A DNA stretch of 64,000 nt from Eledone cirrhosa (lineage: Eukaryota): NCBI GenBank assembly GCA_964016885.1, contig OZ024743.1, positions 325,314,001-325,378,000 on the forward strand. Direction: 5' to 3'. The position numbers and the translations under genes were made by a program. The notes under the pieces were generated by a model that saw only the letters and a program-made list of their open reading frames with translations, was not told the DNA's origin and ran no database searches. Below, piece after piece: positions 30,001-41,274 of the stretch; positions within the stretch are counted from its first letter, which is position 1; the number at the start of each line of letters is the position of its first letter.

Positions 30001-33000
30001 CAGTTTAACACCACTACCTGACTCTTGGGTGGTAGACTTAATCCATCACCCAGTTTAACACCACTACCTGACTCTTGGGTGGTAGACATAATCTATCAAC
30101 CAGTTTAACACCACCACCTGGTCCTTAGGTGGTAGACTTAATCCATCAGCCAGTTTAACACCACTACTTGACTCTTGGGTGGTAGACTTAATCCATCACC
30201 CAGTTTAACACCACTACCTGGTCCTTGGGTGGTAGACTTAATCCATCACCCAGTTTAACACCACTACCTGACCCTTGGGTGGTAGACTTAATCCATCACC
30301 CAGTTAAACACCACCACTTGGGCCTTAGGTGGTAGACTTAATCCATCACCCAGTTTAACACCACTACCTGAACCTTGGGTGGTAGACTTAATCCATCACC
30401 CAGTTTAACACCACTACCTGAACCTTGGGTGGTAGACTTAATCCATCACCCAGTTTAACACCACTACCTGAACCTTGGGTGGTAGACTTAATCCATCACC
30501 CAGTTTAACACCACCACCTGGTCCTTGGGTGGTAGACTTAATCCATCACCCAGTTTAACACCACCACCTGGGTCTTAGGTGGTAGACTTAATCCATCACC
30601 CAGTTTAACACCACTACCTGACCCTTAGGTGGTAGGCTTAATCCATCACCCAGTTTAACACCACCTGGTCCTTAGGTGGTAGACTTAATCCATCACCCAG
30701 TTTAACACCACCACCTCACCCTTAGGTGGTAGACTTAATCCATCACCCAGTTTAACACCACCTGGTCCTTAGGTGGTAGACTTAATCCATCACCCAGTTT
30801 AACACCACCACCTGACCCGTAGGTGGTAGATTTAATCTATCACCCAGTTTAACACCACCTGACCCTTTGGTGGTAGACTTAATCCATCACCCAGTTTAAC
30901 ACCACTACCTGGTCCTTAGGTGGTAGACTTAATCCATCACCCAGTTTAACACCACCACCTGGTCCTTAGGTGGTAGACTTAATCCATCACCCAGTTTAAC
31001 ACCACTACCTGACCCTTGGGTGGTAGACTTAATCCATCACCCAGTTAAACACCACCACCTGGGCCTTAGGTGGTAGACTTAATCCATCACCCAGTTTAAC
31101 ACCACTACCTGAACCTTGGGTGGTAGACTTAATCCATCACCCAGTTTAACACCACTACCTGACTCTTGGGTGGTAGACTTAATCCATCACCCAGTTTAAC
31201 ACCACTACCTGACTCTTGGGTGGTAGACATAATCTATCAACCAGTTTAACACCACCACCTGGTCCTTAGGTGGTAGACATAATCCATCACCCAGTTTAAC
31301 ACCACTACCTGACACTTGGGTGGTAGACATAATCCATCACCCAGTTTAACACTACCTGGCACTTGGGTGGTAGACTTAATCCATCACCCAGTTTAACACC
31401 ACTACCTGACTCTTGGGTGGTAGACTTAATCCATCACCCAGTTTAACACCACTACCTGACACTTGGGTGGTAGACTTAATCCATCACCCAGTTTAACACC
31501 ACTAGCTGACTCTTGGGTGGTAGACCTAATCTATCACCCAGTTTAACACCACCACCTGGTTCTTAGGTGGTAGACATAATCCATCACCCAGTTTAACACC
31601 ACTACCTGACTCTTGGGTGGTAGACTTAATCCATCACCCAGTTTAACACCACCACCTGGTCCGTAGGTGGTAGACTTAATCCATCACCCAGTTTAACACC
31701 ACCACCTGGTCCGTAGGTGGTAGACTTAATCCATCACCCAGTTTAACACCACCACCTGGGCCTTAGGTGGTAGACTTAATCCATCACCCAGTTTAACACC
31801 ACCACCTGGGCCTTGGGTGGTAGACTTAATCCATCACCCAGTTCAACACCACCACCCAGGCCTTAGGTGGTAGACTTAATCCATCACCCAGCTTAACACC
31901 ACCACCTGGTCCTTAGGTGGTAGACTTAATCCATCACCCAGTTTAACACCACCACCTGGTCCTTAGGTGGTAGACTTAATCCATCACCCAGTTTAACACC
32001 ACCACCTGGTCCTTAGGTGGTAGACTTAATCCATCACCCAGTTTAACACCACACCTGACCCTTGGGTGCTAGACTTAATCCATCACCCAGTTTAACACCA
32101 CCACCTGGTCCTTAGGTGGTAGACTTAATCCATCACCCAGTTTAACACCACCACCTGACCCTTGAGTGGTAGTCTTAATCCATCACCCAGTTTAACACCA
32201 CTACCTGGTCCTTAGGTGGTAGACTTAATCCATCACCCAGTTTAACACCACTACCTGGTCCTTGGGTGGTAGACTTAATCCATCACCCAGTTTAACACCA
32301 CTACCTGAACCTTGGGTGGTAGACTTAATCCATCACCCAGTTTAACACCACCACCTGGTCCTTGGGTGGTAGACTTAATCCATCACCCAGTTTAACACCA
32401 CTACCTGAACCTTGGGTGGTAGACTTAATCCATCACCCAGTTTAACACCACTACCTGAACCTTGGGTGGTAGACTTAATCCATCACCCAGTTTAACACCA
32501 CCACCTGGTCCTTGGGTGGTAGACTTAATCCATCACCCAGTTTAACACCACCACCTGGGCCTTGGGTGGTAGACTTAATCCATCACCCAGTTTAACACCA
32601 CTACCTGACCCTTAGGTGGTAGACTTAATCCATCACCCAGTTTAACACCACCTGGTCCTTAGGTGGTAGACTTAATCCATCACCCAGTTTAACACCACCA
32701 CCTGACCCTTAGGTGGTAGACTTAATCCATCACCCAGTTTAACAACACCACCTGACCTTTAGGTGGTAGACTTAATCCATCACCCAGTTTAACACCACTA
32801 CCTGGTCCTTAGGTGGTAGACTTAATCCATCTCCCAGTTTAACACCACCACCTCACCCTTAGGTGGTAGACTTAATCCATCACCCAGTTTAACACCACCA
32901 CCTGGTCCTTAGGTGGTAGACTTAATCCATCACCCAGTTTAACACCACCACCTGACCCTTAGGTGTTAGACTTAATCCATCACCCAGTTTAACACCACCA

Positions 33001-33264
33001 CCTGGTCCTTAGGTGGTAGACTTAATCCATCACCCAGTTTAACACCACCACCTGACCCTTAGGTGGTAGACTTAATCCATCACCCAGTTTAACACCACCA
33101 CCTGGTCCTTAGGTGGTAGACTTAATCCATCACCCAGTTTAACACCACCACCTGGTCCTTAGGTGGTAGACTTAATCCATCACCCAGTTTAACACCACTA
33201 CCTGGTCCTTGGGTGGTAGACTTAATCCATCACCCAGTTTAACACCACTACCTGGCCCTTGGGT
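1..33264. repeat. Tandem satellite, 50-bp monomer CCAGTTTAACACCAC(T/C)ACCTG(AC/GT/GG/AA)CCTT(G/A)GGTGGTAGACTTAATCCATCAC, ~665 copies; runs off the left edge
   Basis: 50-nt periodicity is directly visible. 47-, 49- and 51-bp variants occur. The array ends at ...CCCTTGGGT 33264. Confidence 0.98.
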
Positions 33265-33332
33265 ACTATCAAGTCCACTCTGTGACAGGTACTTAGACTA
33301 TGACTGTTGTTTGAAGATATCGTCCTTATATG

Positions 33333-34140
33333 CTACCAACACCACCACCACCACCACCTCAACTACCACCAACATCGCCATCACTATCAGACTATTACCA
33401 CCTCAACTATCTCCTTCCTCACCATACTACCAACACTGTCATCACAATCACCACCACTACTACCAACACTATAGCCACCATAACCATCAACAACTAACTT
33501 TGTCACCAATACAACTATTACCAATACCACAACAGCTATAACTATTACCAACACTGCCACAAATATTACCACCACCACAACTATCTCTACTACTACCACA
33601 ACCATCACTACTACTACCAATACAACGTTCTTATCTTCAAACTTCTCACAGCATGTTGGAGCTTGACATAATTCTGTCCTTTTGCTGGTTTTCATTCCTT
33701 ATATGGTATTATTGTTGAAATGGTTGCTGTAGTAGTAGTAGAAGTTTTTGTTGTAGATGTTGTAGCAGTAGTAATTATTATTGTAATAGTTGTTGTTGTA
33801 GTAGTGGTTGTTGTTGTAATAGTTTTTGTAGTTGTTGTCTCCAACTCATAATCTCTACTTAAGTCGTTTTTCTTTCTTAGAAACTCAAAAGTTTCCTGGT
33901 AACTAACAGCAACAAATGATAAGCATTCTTGTTGCACTGCACCTCATTGTTGTTGTTGTTGTCATTGTGTTGTTACTGTTGTCATTACTGCTGTTGCTGT
34001 TGTTACTGTTATTACTGCTGTTGCTGTTGTTGTTATTACTGCTGTTGCTGTTGTTGTTACTGTTATCATTATTGATGTTACTGTTGTTATTGCTCTTACT
34101 GTTGTCATTACTGCTGTTGTTGTTACTGTTGTTGTGTTGT
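33333..34140. repeat. Degenerate trinucleotide low-complexity tracts: (ACC/ACT/ACA)n, then (GTA/GTT)n, then (TTG/CTG)n
   Basis: Visible composition. These tracts explain the poly-T/V/L ORFs in the track. Confidence 0.9.
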
Positions 34141-34639
34141 TTAGCCTTGTGTTAGCCTTCATCAAGCAGATATTTTCATACTTTTCCATCCGTAACAATC
34201 CCATCATGTATTCAATGTAACTTCTACTACCAACTCGGACGATATTGGCTCTAGTTTTTGAAACAATATCACCTATTTTAAAGGTTTCTATTGAAAGTAA
34301 AATCTTCCAACATAATTTTATATAAGAATTATACATTAAGTTACTATTTTCTTTTCTTCTTCTTTGTCCACTTATTCCTGAGAGGGCCGTGGGGGCACAG
34401 TCCTCAAACACGCCTTCCAGCAGGTCATGTCAAGATGGTTATCTTGCTTAGGATCTAGCCCCTAGTCTCCTGCCAGCTGTTTTGTCAGTAAAATCTGTTC
34501 AGTGATTCTTTCCTGAGACATTCTAACCACATTCCCAAAGTATTGGAACTGTGATCTCTCAATTCAGAGAAGTAGTGGCTCTACCTGAAGTGACTCTCAT
34601 CTCCGAACTACGTACTCTATCAAGTAACATTACTCCAAT

Positions 34640-35325
34640 GACCCAATTTTCAAAAAGGGAGACAAGAGAGATTGCTCCAATTATAGATGGATCTCCTTGT
34701 TAAGCCTCCCCAGTAAAGTGGGTACTAATTGTCTGGCAAAGAGATGTAGGGAGATTGTCGTGTCCAAGTAAGCTGATTAACAGTATGATTTTTGTCCTGG
34801 ATGCAGCACAGTTGACCAAATATTCACACTGTGACAAGTCTTTGAGAAATGCTTAAGAGGTATATTCTTGCTTTGTAGACTTCAAAAAGGCATATGACTG
34901 CACTCCACAGGACCCGTTGTTGAAGATTCTGCATCAGTATGGAATCGATGGTCAACTTCTTGTTGCCCTGACGTCTCTATAAGAATCCCCAAGTATTTGT
35001 GTTCGGAAATCATTCAAAGTGGAGGTCAGACTCCGCCAAGGGTGTGTAGTGTCACCTCTCTTGTTCATTAATTTTATGAACAGGATTGTATGCGTAGCTG
35101 AGTTAGAAGTGGTATCACGACTGACAGGTGTAGAATCAGTCAGCTCGAATTTGCGGACGACATTGTACTACCTGACTTGACAGAAGGGGATCTCTGACTT
35201 GCACTTGATAGGTTTGATGCTGGCTGGAATGAAAATCAATACTGTGAAAACTTAGATGCTCATCCTGTCAAGTAAGCCTGCACAGTGAATGGAGTTTCAG
35301 TGAAACAGGTAAAGAACTACAAGTT
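34640..35325 (+). pseudogene. Degraded non-LTR (RTE-like) reverse transcriptase fragment
   Basis: Hand translation gives PIFKKGDKRDCSNYRWISLLSLPSK, FVDFKKAYD, LRQGCVVSPLLF, FADDIVL and GMKIN, with stops and frameshifts. Confidence 0.85.
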
Positions 35326-35564
35326 ACTATCTTAATAAAGAAATAATATTTTTAGTAAAACCCTCAAAATTCTCTATTAATTAACTGAAATATGGTGTAT
35401 TTCATTAGAAATACAGCTGGGATTTGTGAGGCATTTCGCTGCTGATTTTTGCTCTTAAGAACCACGTGTTCTTGATAACTTGCACCTAAATGTGGCCTTT
35501 GATCAGACCTGTCAACTCTCCCCATCCGATGGTGAGATCTCCCACCCACTTTGGTATAGATTCC

Positions 35565-35655
35565 ATTCTCCCCATTTTGCCACATTTCTTCCTGTTTTGG
35601 GGCATTTTTTCCTATGGTACTCCCTGTTTGGGTTTTTAGAGGTTGGCAAGTCTGC
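35565..35655 (-). repeat. Unclassified interspersed repeat; second copy at ~44465-44560 (+)
   Basis: Shared CAACCTCTAAAAACCCAAAC(A/G)GGGAGTACCAT...AAAATGGGGAG; the ORF track shows QPLKTQTGST in both copies. Confidence 0.75.
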
Positions 35656-36401
35656 TTTGTCACAGATCTTTAAGTATAAGTATTATATTTTCTGCTGTCT
35701 GCACTATATAACAACCACTTGTCAAATTATCAATTCAAGGCTGGTCCACTTGAATTACAGGTACAATTCATTTTTGTCACCTGTCTTCACTGGATCAATG
35801 CTTAAGAGCCAACACGTTACCGGGAATCGAATTTCCGCCGTTACGATCGTGCGAGACCCCCCCCCCCCCCCCCCCCCACACCACTACCACCATCAGGCAA
35901 CTTAAAGTTGTTTACAGTGTAACACTCAAATTTGTTTAAGTTTAAAATTTCAACTATATCTCCGCTTTTGTTCCATAGTGAAGCGGGTCAGTCAAACACA
36001 TCGTGAAAACCAGAATACAGAGGCCCGCATCTTATATGGTTTTAAATCGTGCAGTCGGAAGATCGGAATTTATTTTTTTCTAATAAAAAAAAGACTAAAA
36101 TTCTTAATGACATCTTCAGCATAAAACTATCTCCTGATGTAAGGGAGAAAACTCTAATCCCCTAGTGCCATCATTCAGACGTTATGCTTTCTCCTACATC
36201 GGCACCGAACATACGCGGTTTTTGAATAGTGCAGAGGCTTGACGAACCAATTGACTGCGTAAGATGCGTATTCCCCTGTAATATTATGAAACCATTCTTT
36301 CATAGTGGGACGCCCCAGTAATATTTATTCTGATATTTACAAGTAGTTTCATTAGGAATAAAAGAATCAAGGTATCGACCATAAATTACGAATACGTTTA
36401 C

Positions 36402-36453
36402 TGTTGCCCCTAGCAACACGCAACAATCATGGCGTCTTTAATGTTTCGTAAAT
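36402..36453 (+). promoter_or_regulatory. RFX X-box-like palindrome followed by a possible start codon and splice donor
   Basis: GTTGCCCCTAGCAAC 36403-36417; ATGGCG at 36429 (MASLMF); GTAAAT at 36448; unique CpG-containing surroundings. Confidence 0.35.
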
Positions 36454-36884
36454 ATGTACCATTTATACAATAGACTGTAGTTTGCTTTAAGTACCCACTG
36501 CTGTTCTGTGCCTTTTCACTCCATCGAAGTCTCAAATCGAAATATTAAACCGCGTGGTGAGACATTACAAATTTTGTTTTCTCTCACAGACATAATGCTT
36601 ACATTTCTTAACGCTTTTTATACTAATCTGCCTAAAACCGGCACTCGTTCTATGGAACAAAACGACCTTATTTAAATCAAAACCTAACATAATTCCATAT
36701 AAGAAGCTTTTGTTAAATTATGCTACAAATGACAAATTAGAATGAAATAATAATTTTAGTAACTGCATTCAATTTCTTCATTTGCTTCGGCCTCAAACCT
36801 CGTCAATACGGGGAAATGCCTTCTCTGTTCTGTCCGCCGGGGCCGAGAAGCGGCCAGCACTTGGACCCCCATTTGCATATAATA

Positions 36885-37166
36885 ATTGTTTCTACTATTG
36901 ACACAAGACCAGCAATTATTCCAGTGTATTACTGGTACTTTATTTTATCGACCCCGTAAGGATGAAAGGCAAAGTTAACCTCGGCGGGATTTGAACTCAG
37001 ACCATAAAGGGGCGTAACTCTTTGCTGGAAGGCATGGCGTTCGACCCTCTACCGATACTGCCAATTGCATATAATAATTGTTTCTACTTTTTGGCACAAG
37101 GCCAGCAATTACCCAGTGTTTTACTGGTACTTTATTTTATCGACCCCGTAAAGATGAAAGGCAAAA
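36885..37166 (-). mobile_element. Tandem pair of tRNA-derived SINEs (one near full, one 5'-truncated)
   Basis: A box TGGCAGTATCGG and B box GAGTTCAAATCC on the - strand; shared body CATCCTTACGGGGTCGATAAAATAAAGTACCAG; TTGCATATAATAAT duplicated at 36873 and 37065. Confidence 0.9.
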
Positions 37167-37284
37167 TGAGAGATGAGGAGAGACGGAGGCGGTGGAAGTG
37201 AGAGTTTGGTTCCTCTGTGTTTGGACCTGGTGTACATGTATACATAAAATAATGTAAATAAATAAATACTAATTAATATCATAC

Positions 37285-37620
37285 AGAGGACAGGAAGACA
37301 AGCAAATACCGGGACCTGTCCAGCCGCTTCCTCGTGGCACCGGTCGCCACCTAGACCTCAGACATCCTCAGACTCTGTACTTCCGAGTTTCTCTGCAAAA
37401 TCGGAACGTGAGCAGCCCGTCTGAGGTAGAAGCGCCGCCAGGCGGTGTGGCTGTTACAGCGATTGTCACTGGCCATTGTCCGTGGAAATGCCTTTGTAGT
37501 GTTGTCGGTGCGGCGCAGCCGAAACACCGCCCCGCCCTAGGCATAGAGCTCATCACCCTCTCACCTTCCCCCCTCCCTTTCTCCCGTGGCCCAAAAATCC
37601 TTGCTTTTCCCCTCCATTTC
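37285..37620 (+). mobile_element. CRE-clade LINE RLE 3' fragment (family 2)
   Basis: Translates EDRKTSKYRDLSSRFLVAPVAT*TS; similar to 41755-41890. Confidence 0.65.
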
Positions 37621-37699
37621 CTCTATTTTCCCATACAGCCAGATCTGCCCTTCTTTACACCCCCCCCCCCCCGATTGTTGTTAATTAAATTTGTTTTTA

Positions 37700-39780
37700 T
37701 TCACAGTTGTATAAATAACATTACAAATTGTTTGCAATTCTTTCAGAATGAAAATATAAACAGAGCATATAAATAAATTTACAGTAGAATAACAAATATG
37801 TTTTAAATATATATATAAATAACATTACAAATGCTTAGATAACATTATAAATAGCTCGTGATTCTTTCAGAAAGATATATATTTTTAATGTTACAATATT
37901 AAAGAAAATGTAAAGGAAGGGGTGAACAACCGAGCCAGCACCAGAGCAAAAGACAACAGCGAGGGGTACTGGGCAACCTCTCTAATGATTTTTTTAGGCA
38001 AGCCAGCACACTCGCAGCGTTGCCTCGGGTGATGGCGAGGCTAATGCGCTGGAACAACCAAGCGCCCTCGTGAGATTCGCCAGTTACCTCTATTAAGCGA
38101 GCCGCCAGTGAAGAGAGGAACCTCGCAATCAGTGGCCCGACTCCCCCAAACGTCTCGAAAGCCACAGGCTGAAAAATGTAGCTGGAGTCGAAGGTATGCC
38201 TTCGAACTTATGCTGTCCCAAATTCTCTGACTTCGACTGTCCTCCACCTTCTCAGGAAGTGACAAGCCCAACTCACTCCATTGCTGGAGAGCTTCACCCA
38301 ACTCTCTGTTGCAACTAGTCCATGTTGGGGAGGAGAGGATGCTGCTCACCAGGGTGGAGCAAGCGTGGGTGGAGGAAAGGAAACAGGAGAGAGAGAGGGA
38401 CGAACACTTACGAAGGGCAAGACACCCAAATCGCTTGGGCAACACAGCCTGATCGCGGGACTCTGGAGAGAGTCTAACATTGACCAGGCACTCGAGTCTC
38501 TCGAAGATTAGGTCGTCGAAGTGTTGGAGGCAGGACGGAAATCTGTGTGAGGGGCTGACCCTGAGCAGATACAGAAGCTTAGGAATAGACAGGTAGTTCC
38601 TGAGTATGAAGAAACCTTGATGGGGTTTGATAACTTCTATATTCTTCAGCAGCTGCTCAAGGCCACCCATCTTCGATTGGAAGATTGACTCGAAGGCAAG
38701 GTCTGTGATTGGGGCTCCTAAGGAGCACCAAGCTGACGGGAGAGGGACCACAATGGAAGGGAAGGACTCTGCAAACAGGTCGATTAGCTGTTGGTGTTGA
38801 GAAGCCGGGTGGTTGAGGATCCAGAGCTCACATTTGGAGCTATTGACCTGGAGACCCCAGCGACCAAGCTCTCCAACCATCTTGTTGGCAGTGGCGAGAA
38901 CCATATCCGGAGCAGCCCCCCCCCCCTCCAAAAAAAAACAGGCGTCGTCGAGATACCAGACATTGAGGTCCAACTCAACCCCCATCTTGGTGACATCATC
39001 AATGCCCAGTGCAAACAGAGCGGGCCCGTGTGGGTCTCCCTGTTGGATTCCTGAGGCAGAGGTGATGATTTGGTCACCGAAAGAGAGGTAGGTAGGAGGG
39101 CTCCCGATAAGCCTGCCAACCAAAGTGGTAGAATTGTGGGACCCTCTCTCTTACTGAGCCGAGGACAACGTCGCGGCTGACGGAGTTAAAACGTTCCTGA
39201 GATCAAGTTTGAGGATGACCTTGGGGGAAAGAGGAGGGCAAGTTGGTAAATGCTCTGGTAGCGTGGACAGCAGCCTCACATCCAAACTTGGTACCCACCC
39301 CCAGCTGGATGGGGGAAAATTCCTCCGCCAGTGAGTCGGAGACCAACAGCAAACACGCCTTTGCAGTGAGGCGGCGAAGGGTGCAGCCAACCGCAATGGG
39401 GCGCAGGTCTCCGCTGGGCTTGGTGAGACCAAATAGCTTCGCACCGAAGAACAGTGGGCGGATGAACGGGAGAACGTTCACTGAAGAGAACTGATTCACA
39501 AACTGAGTCAGACTCTCCAAGAGCTCGAGTCCGGCGTCACCAGCCGATAAGGAGATACCATCTTTGGGGTCAAGTTTGAGGATGACCTTGGGGGAAAGAG
39601 GAGGGCAAGTTGGTAAATGCCGTCAATTCCCGAGCCTGATCGAGCGGGGAAGGATGAAATCGGTGGTGTAAACCGGTCTCGAGTATTCTGGTGGTTCGGG
39701 CCAGTGTAGCTGATCATCTGGGGGTGCCGATGGGCGCTTCTCTTTCAGTCGCTCAAGAGAATCAGAGTTGCACGGAGCAA
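37700..39780 (-). mobile_element. CRE-clade non-LTR retrotransposon relic (RT, RLE end, 3' UTR); frameshifted and internally deleted
   Basis: LRPIAVGCTLRRL, QLGVGTKFGCEAAVH, GIQQGDPHGP, WYLDD, then AFETFG...WLFQRISLAITRGNAASVL, which are CRE-type motifs. A ~51-bp segment is duplicated at ~39202 and ~39570. Confidence 0.85.
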
Positions 39781-40006
39781 GGGAGGACAGTTATCTTTCT
39801 TTTCGTATTTCCATCATTCTATAACTCCTTTTTGTAAAATATAGTTGACATAATAAAAGTTAGATCTTTAAAAAACAAACAAACAAAAACATTAATTAAA
39901 ATATAGTCTATATAATCAAAAATGTTGGTCCCAACTTCGATACGGGAAGTGCCTGCCTGGTATAGATCTTATTCTGTTGGAATATGTAGTATATGTGGTT
40001 GTTTCA

Positions 40007-40222
40007 GGCGGTGTACTGGCAGAACCGTTACAACGTTAGCTAGAATGCTTTGCGGTATTCGTTCCGGTTATCTAAGTTCAAATCCAAGCGAAGTCAGCCT
40101 TAACCTTTCATCCTTTCGATAAATGAACTCCCAGTTCATACGAGGGTCGATTCTTCCCCTAGTACCAGTAATGCACTGGGTCATTGCTGGCCTTGTGCCT
40201 AAAGTAGAAACAATTATTATTT
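40007..40222 (+). mobile_element. tRNA-derived SINE, diverged or chimeric copy
   Basis: GGCGGTGTACTGGCAGAACCG head, AGTTCAAATCC B box, GGCCTTGTGCCTAAAGTAGAAACAATT tail. Confidence 0.8.
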
Positions 40223-40371
40223 ATGATATATATATATATATATATATATATCATCGTTTAAAGTCCATTATCCACGCTAGTATGGGTTAGACGGGTTGTC
40301 CCATTTGAGGCAAGTTGGGTCAGGTGACCGTGTCTTGTTCATATATATATGTATGTGTGTGTGTAAGAATA

Positions 40372-40635
40372 AATAATTGTTTCTACTTTAGGCACAAGGC
40401 CAGCAATTACCCAGTGCATTACTGGTACTTTATTTTATCGACCCCGTAAGGATGAAAGGCAAAGTTAACCTCGGCGGGATTTGAACTCAGATCGTAAAGT
40501 GTGTGAGAATAAATAATAATAATAATTATTATTATCATTAACTTTCATCCTTACGGGGTCGATAAAATAAAGTACCAGTAATACACTGGATAATTGCTGG
40601 CCTTGTGCCAAAAGTAGAAACAATTATTATTATTA
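40372..40635. mobile_element. Two truncated SINEs in inverted orientation (40372-40495 -, 40541-40635 +)
   Basis: Same SINE body on opposite strands, separated by a short AAT/ATT spacer. Confidence 0.85.
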
Positions 40636-40824
40636 TTATTAGTAGTAGTAGTAGTAGTACAGATTAAAAGTTTAAGCAAATAAGTTCTGCTTTCACCCTA
40701 AGCCGGATCTTTATATATTTATATATATGTGTGTGTGCATGGTCCCTTATAGACACACACACATCCATGACAGCACCCCTACGATTCCACCAGGTATTAA
40801 GGGAGCATGCGCAGATTGTGTATA

Positions 40825-40998
40825 AATAATTGTTTCTACTTTTGGCACAAGGCCATCAATTATCCCAAGTGCATTACTGGTACTTTATTTTATCGACCCC
40901 GTAAGGATGAAAGGCAAAGTGAACCTCGGCGGGATTTGAACTCAGACCATAAAGGGGACCATGGCGTCCGGCCTTCTACTGATATTGCCAATCCACCA
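40825..40998 (-). mobile_element. tRNA-derived SINE
   Basis: Same family as 44561-44744. Confidence 0.9.
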
Positions 40999-41122
40999 AT
41001 AATAATGAAATTATTGTGTACAGTGCTCAGGTGCACTACAACAAAACAAAACAACCTTCTAAAAGATCTTTACCTTTTGAATTATTAAATATGAATTTGC
41101 AAGAAAAAGTGGTTGTAGAAGC

Positions 41123-41194
41123 TGCCGTGACCAGGATTCGAACGTGGGTTACCACGGCCACAAACTGGGGTCCTGACCACTAGACGATCACGGC
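41123..41194 (-). tRNA. tRNA-His(GUG), possibly a pseudogene (3 stem mismatches)
   Basis: Reverse complement GCCGTGATCGTCTAGTGGTCAGGACCCCAGTTTGTGGCCGTGGTAACCCACGTTCGAATCCTGGTCACGGCA has a perfect acceptor stem and a GTG anticodon. A T5 terminator lies at 41104-41108. Confidence 0.92.
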
Positions 41195-41274
41195 TAACAG
41201 CTAATATAACTCCATGTTTGCGCCTTAGATGCTACACATTGTTTGGCAGTCGTAAGCTTGTGTGATTTGTAAAT

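Noticed and set aside
1-33264. CRISPR-like array (constant segment plus variable segment)
   Set aside because: The variable part is point variants of one sequence, not unique spacers. There are no cas genes and the context is eukaryotic.
1-33264. Telomeric repeat (TTAGG in many monomers)
   Set aside because: The motif is single and polymorphic per monomer, not tandem.
33209-34411. Poly-Thr/Val/Leu ORFs (mucin- or membrane-like)
   Set aside because: Microsatellite translations that are open on both strands.
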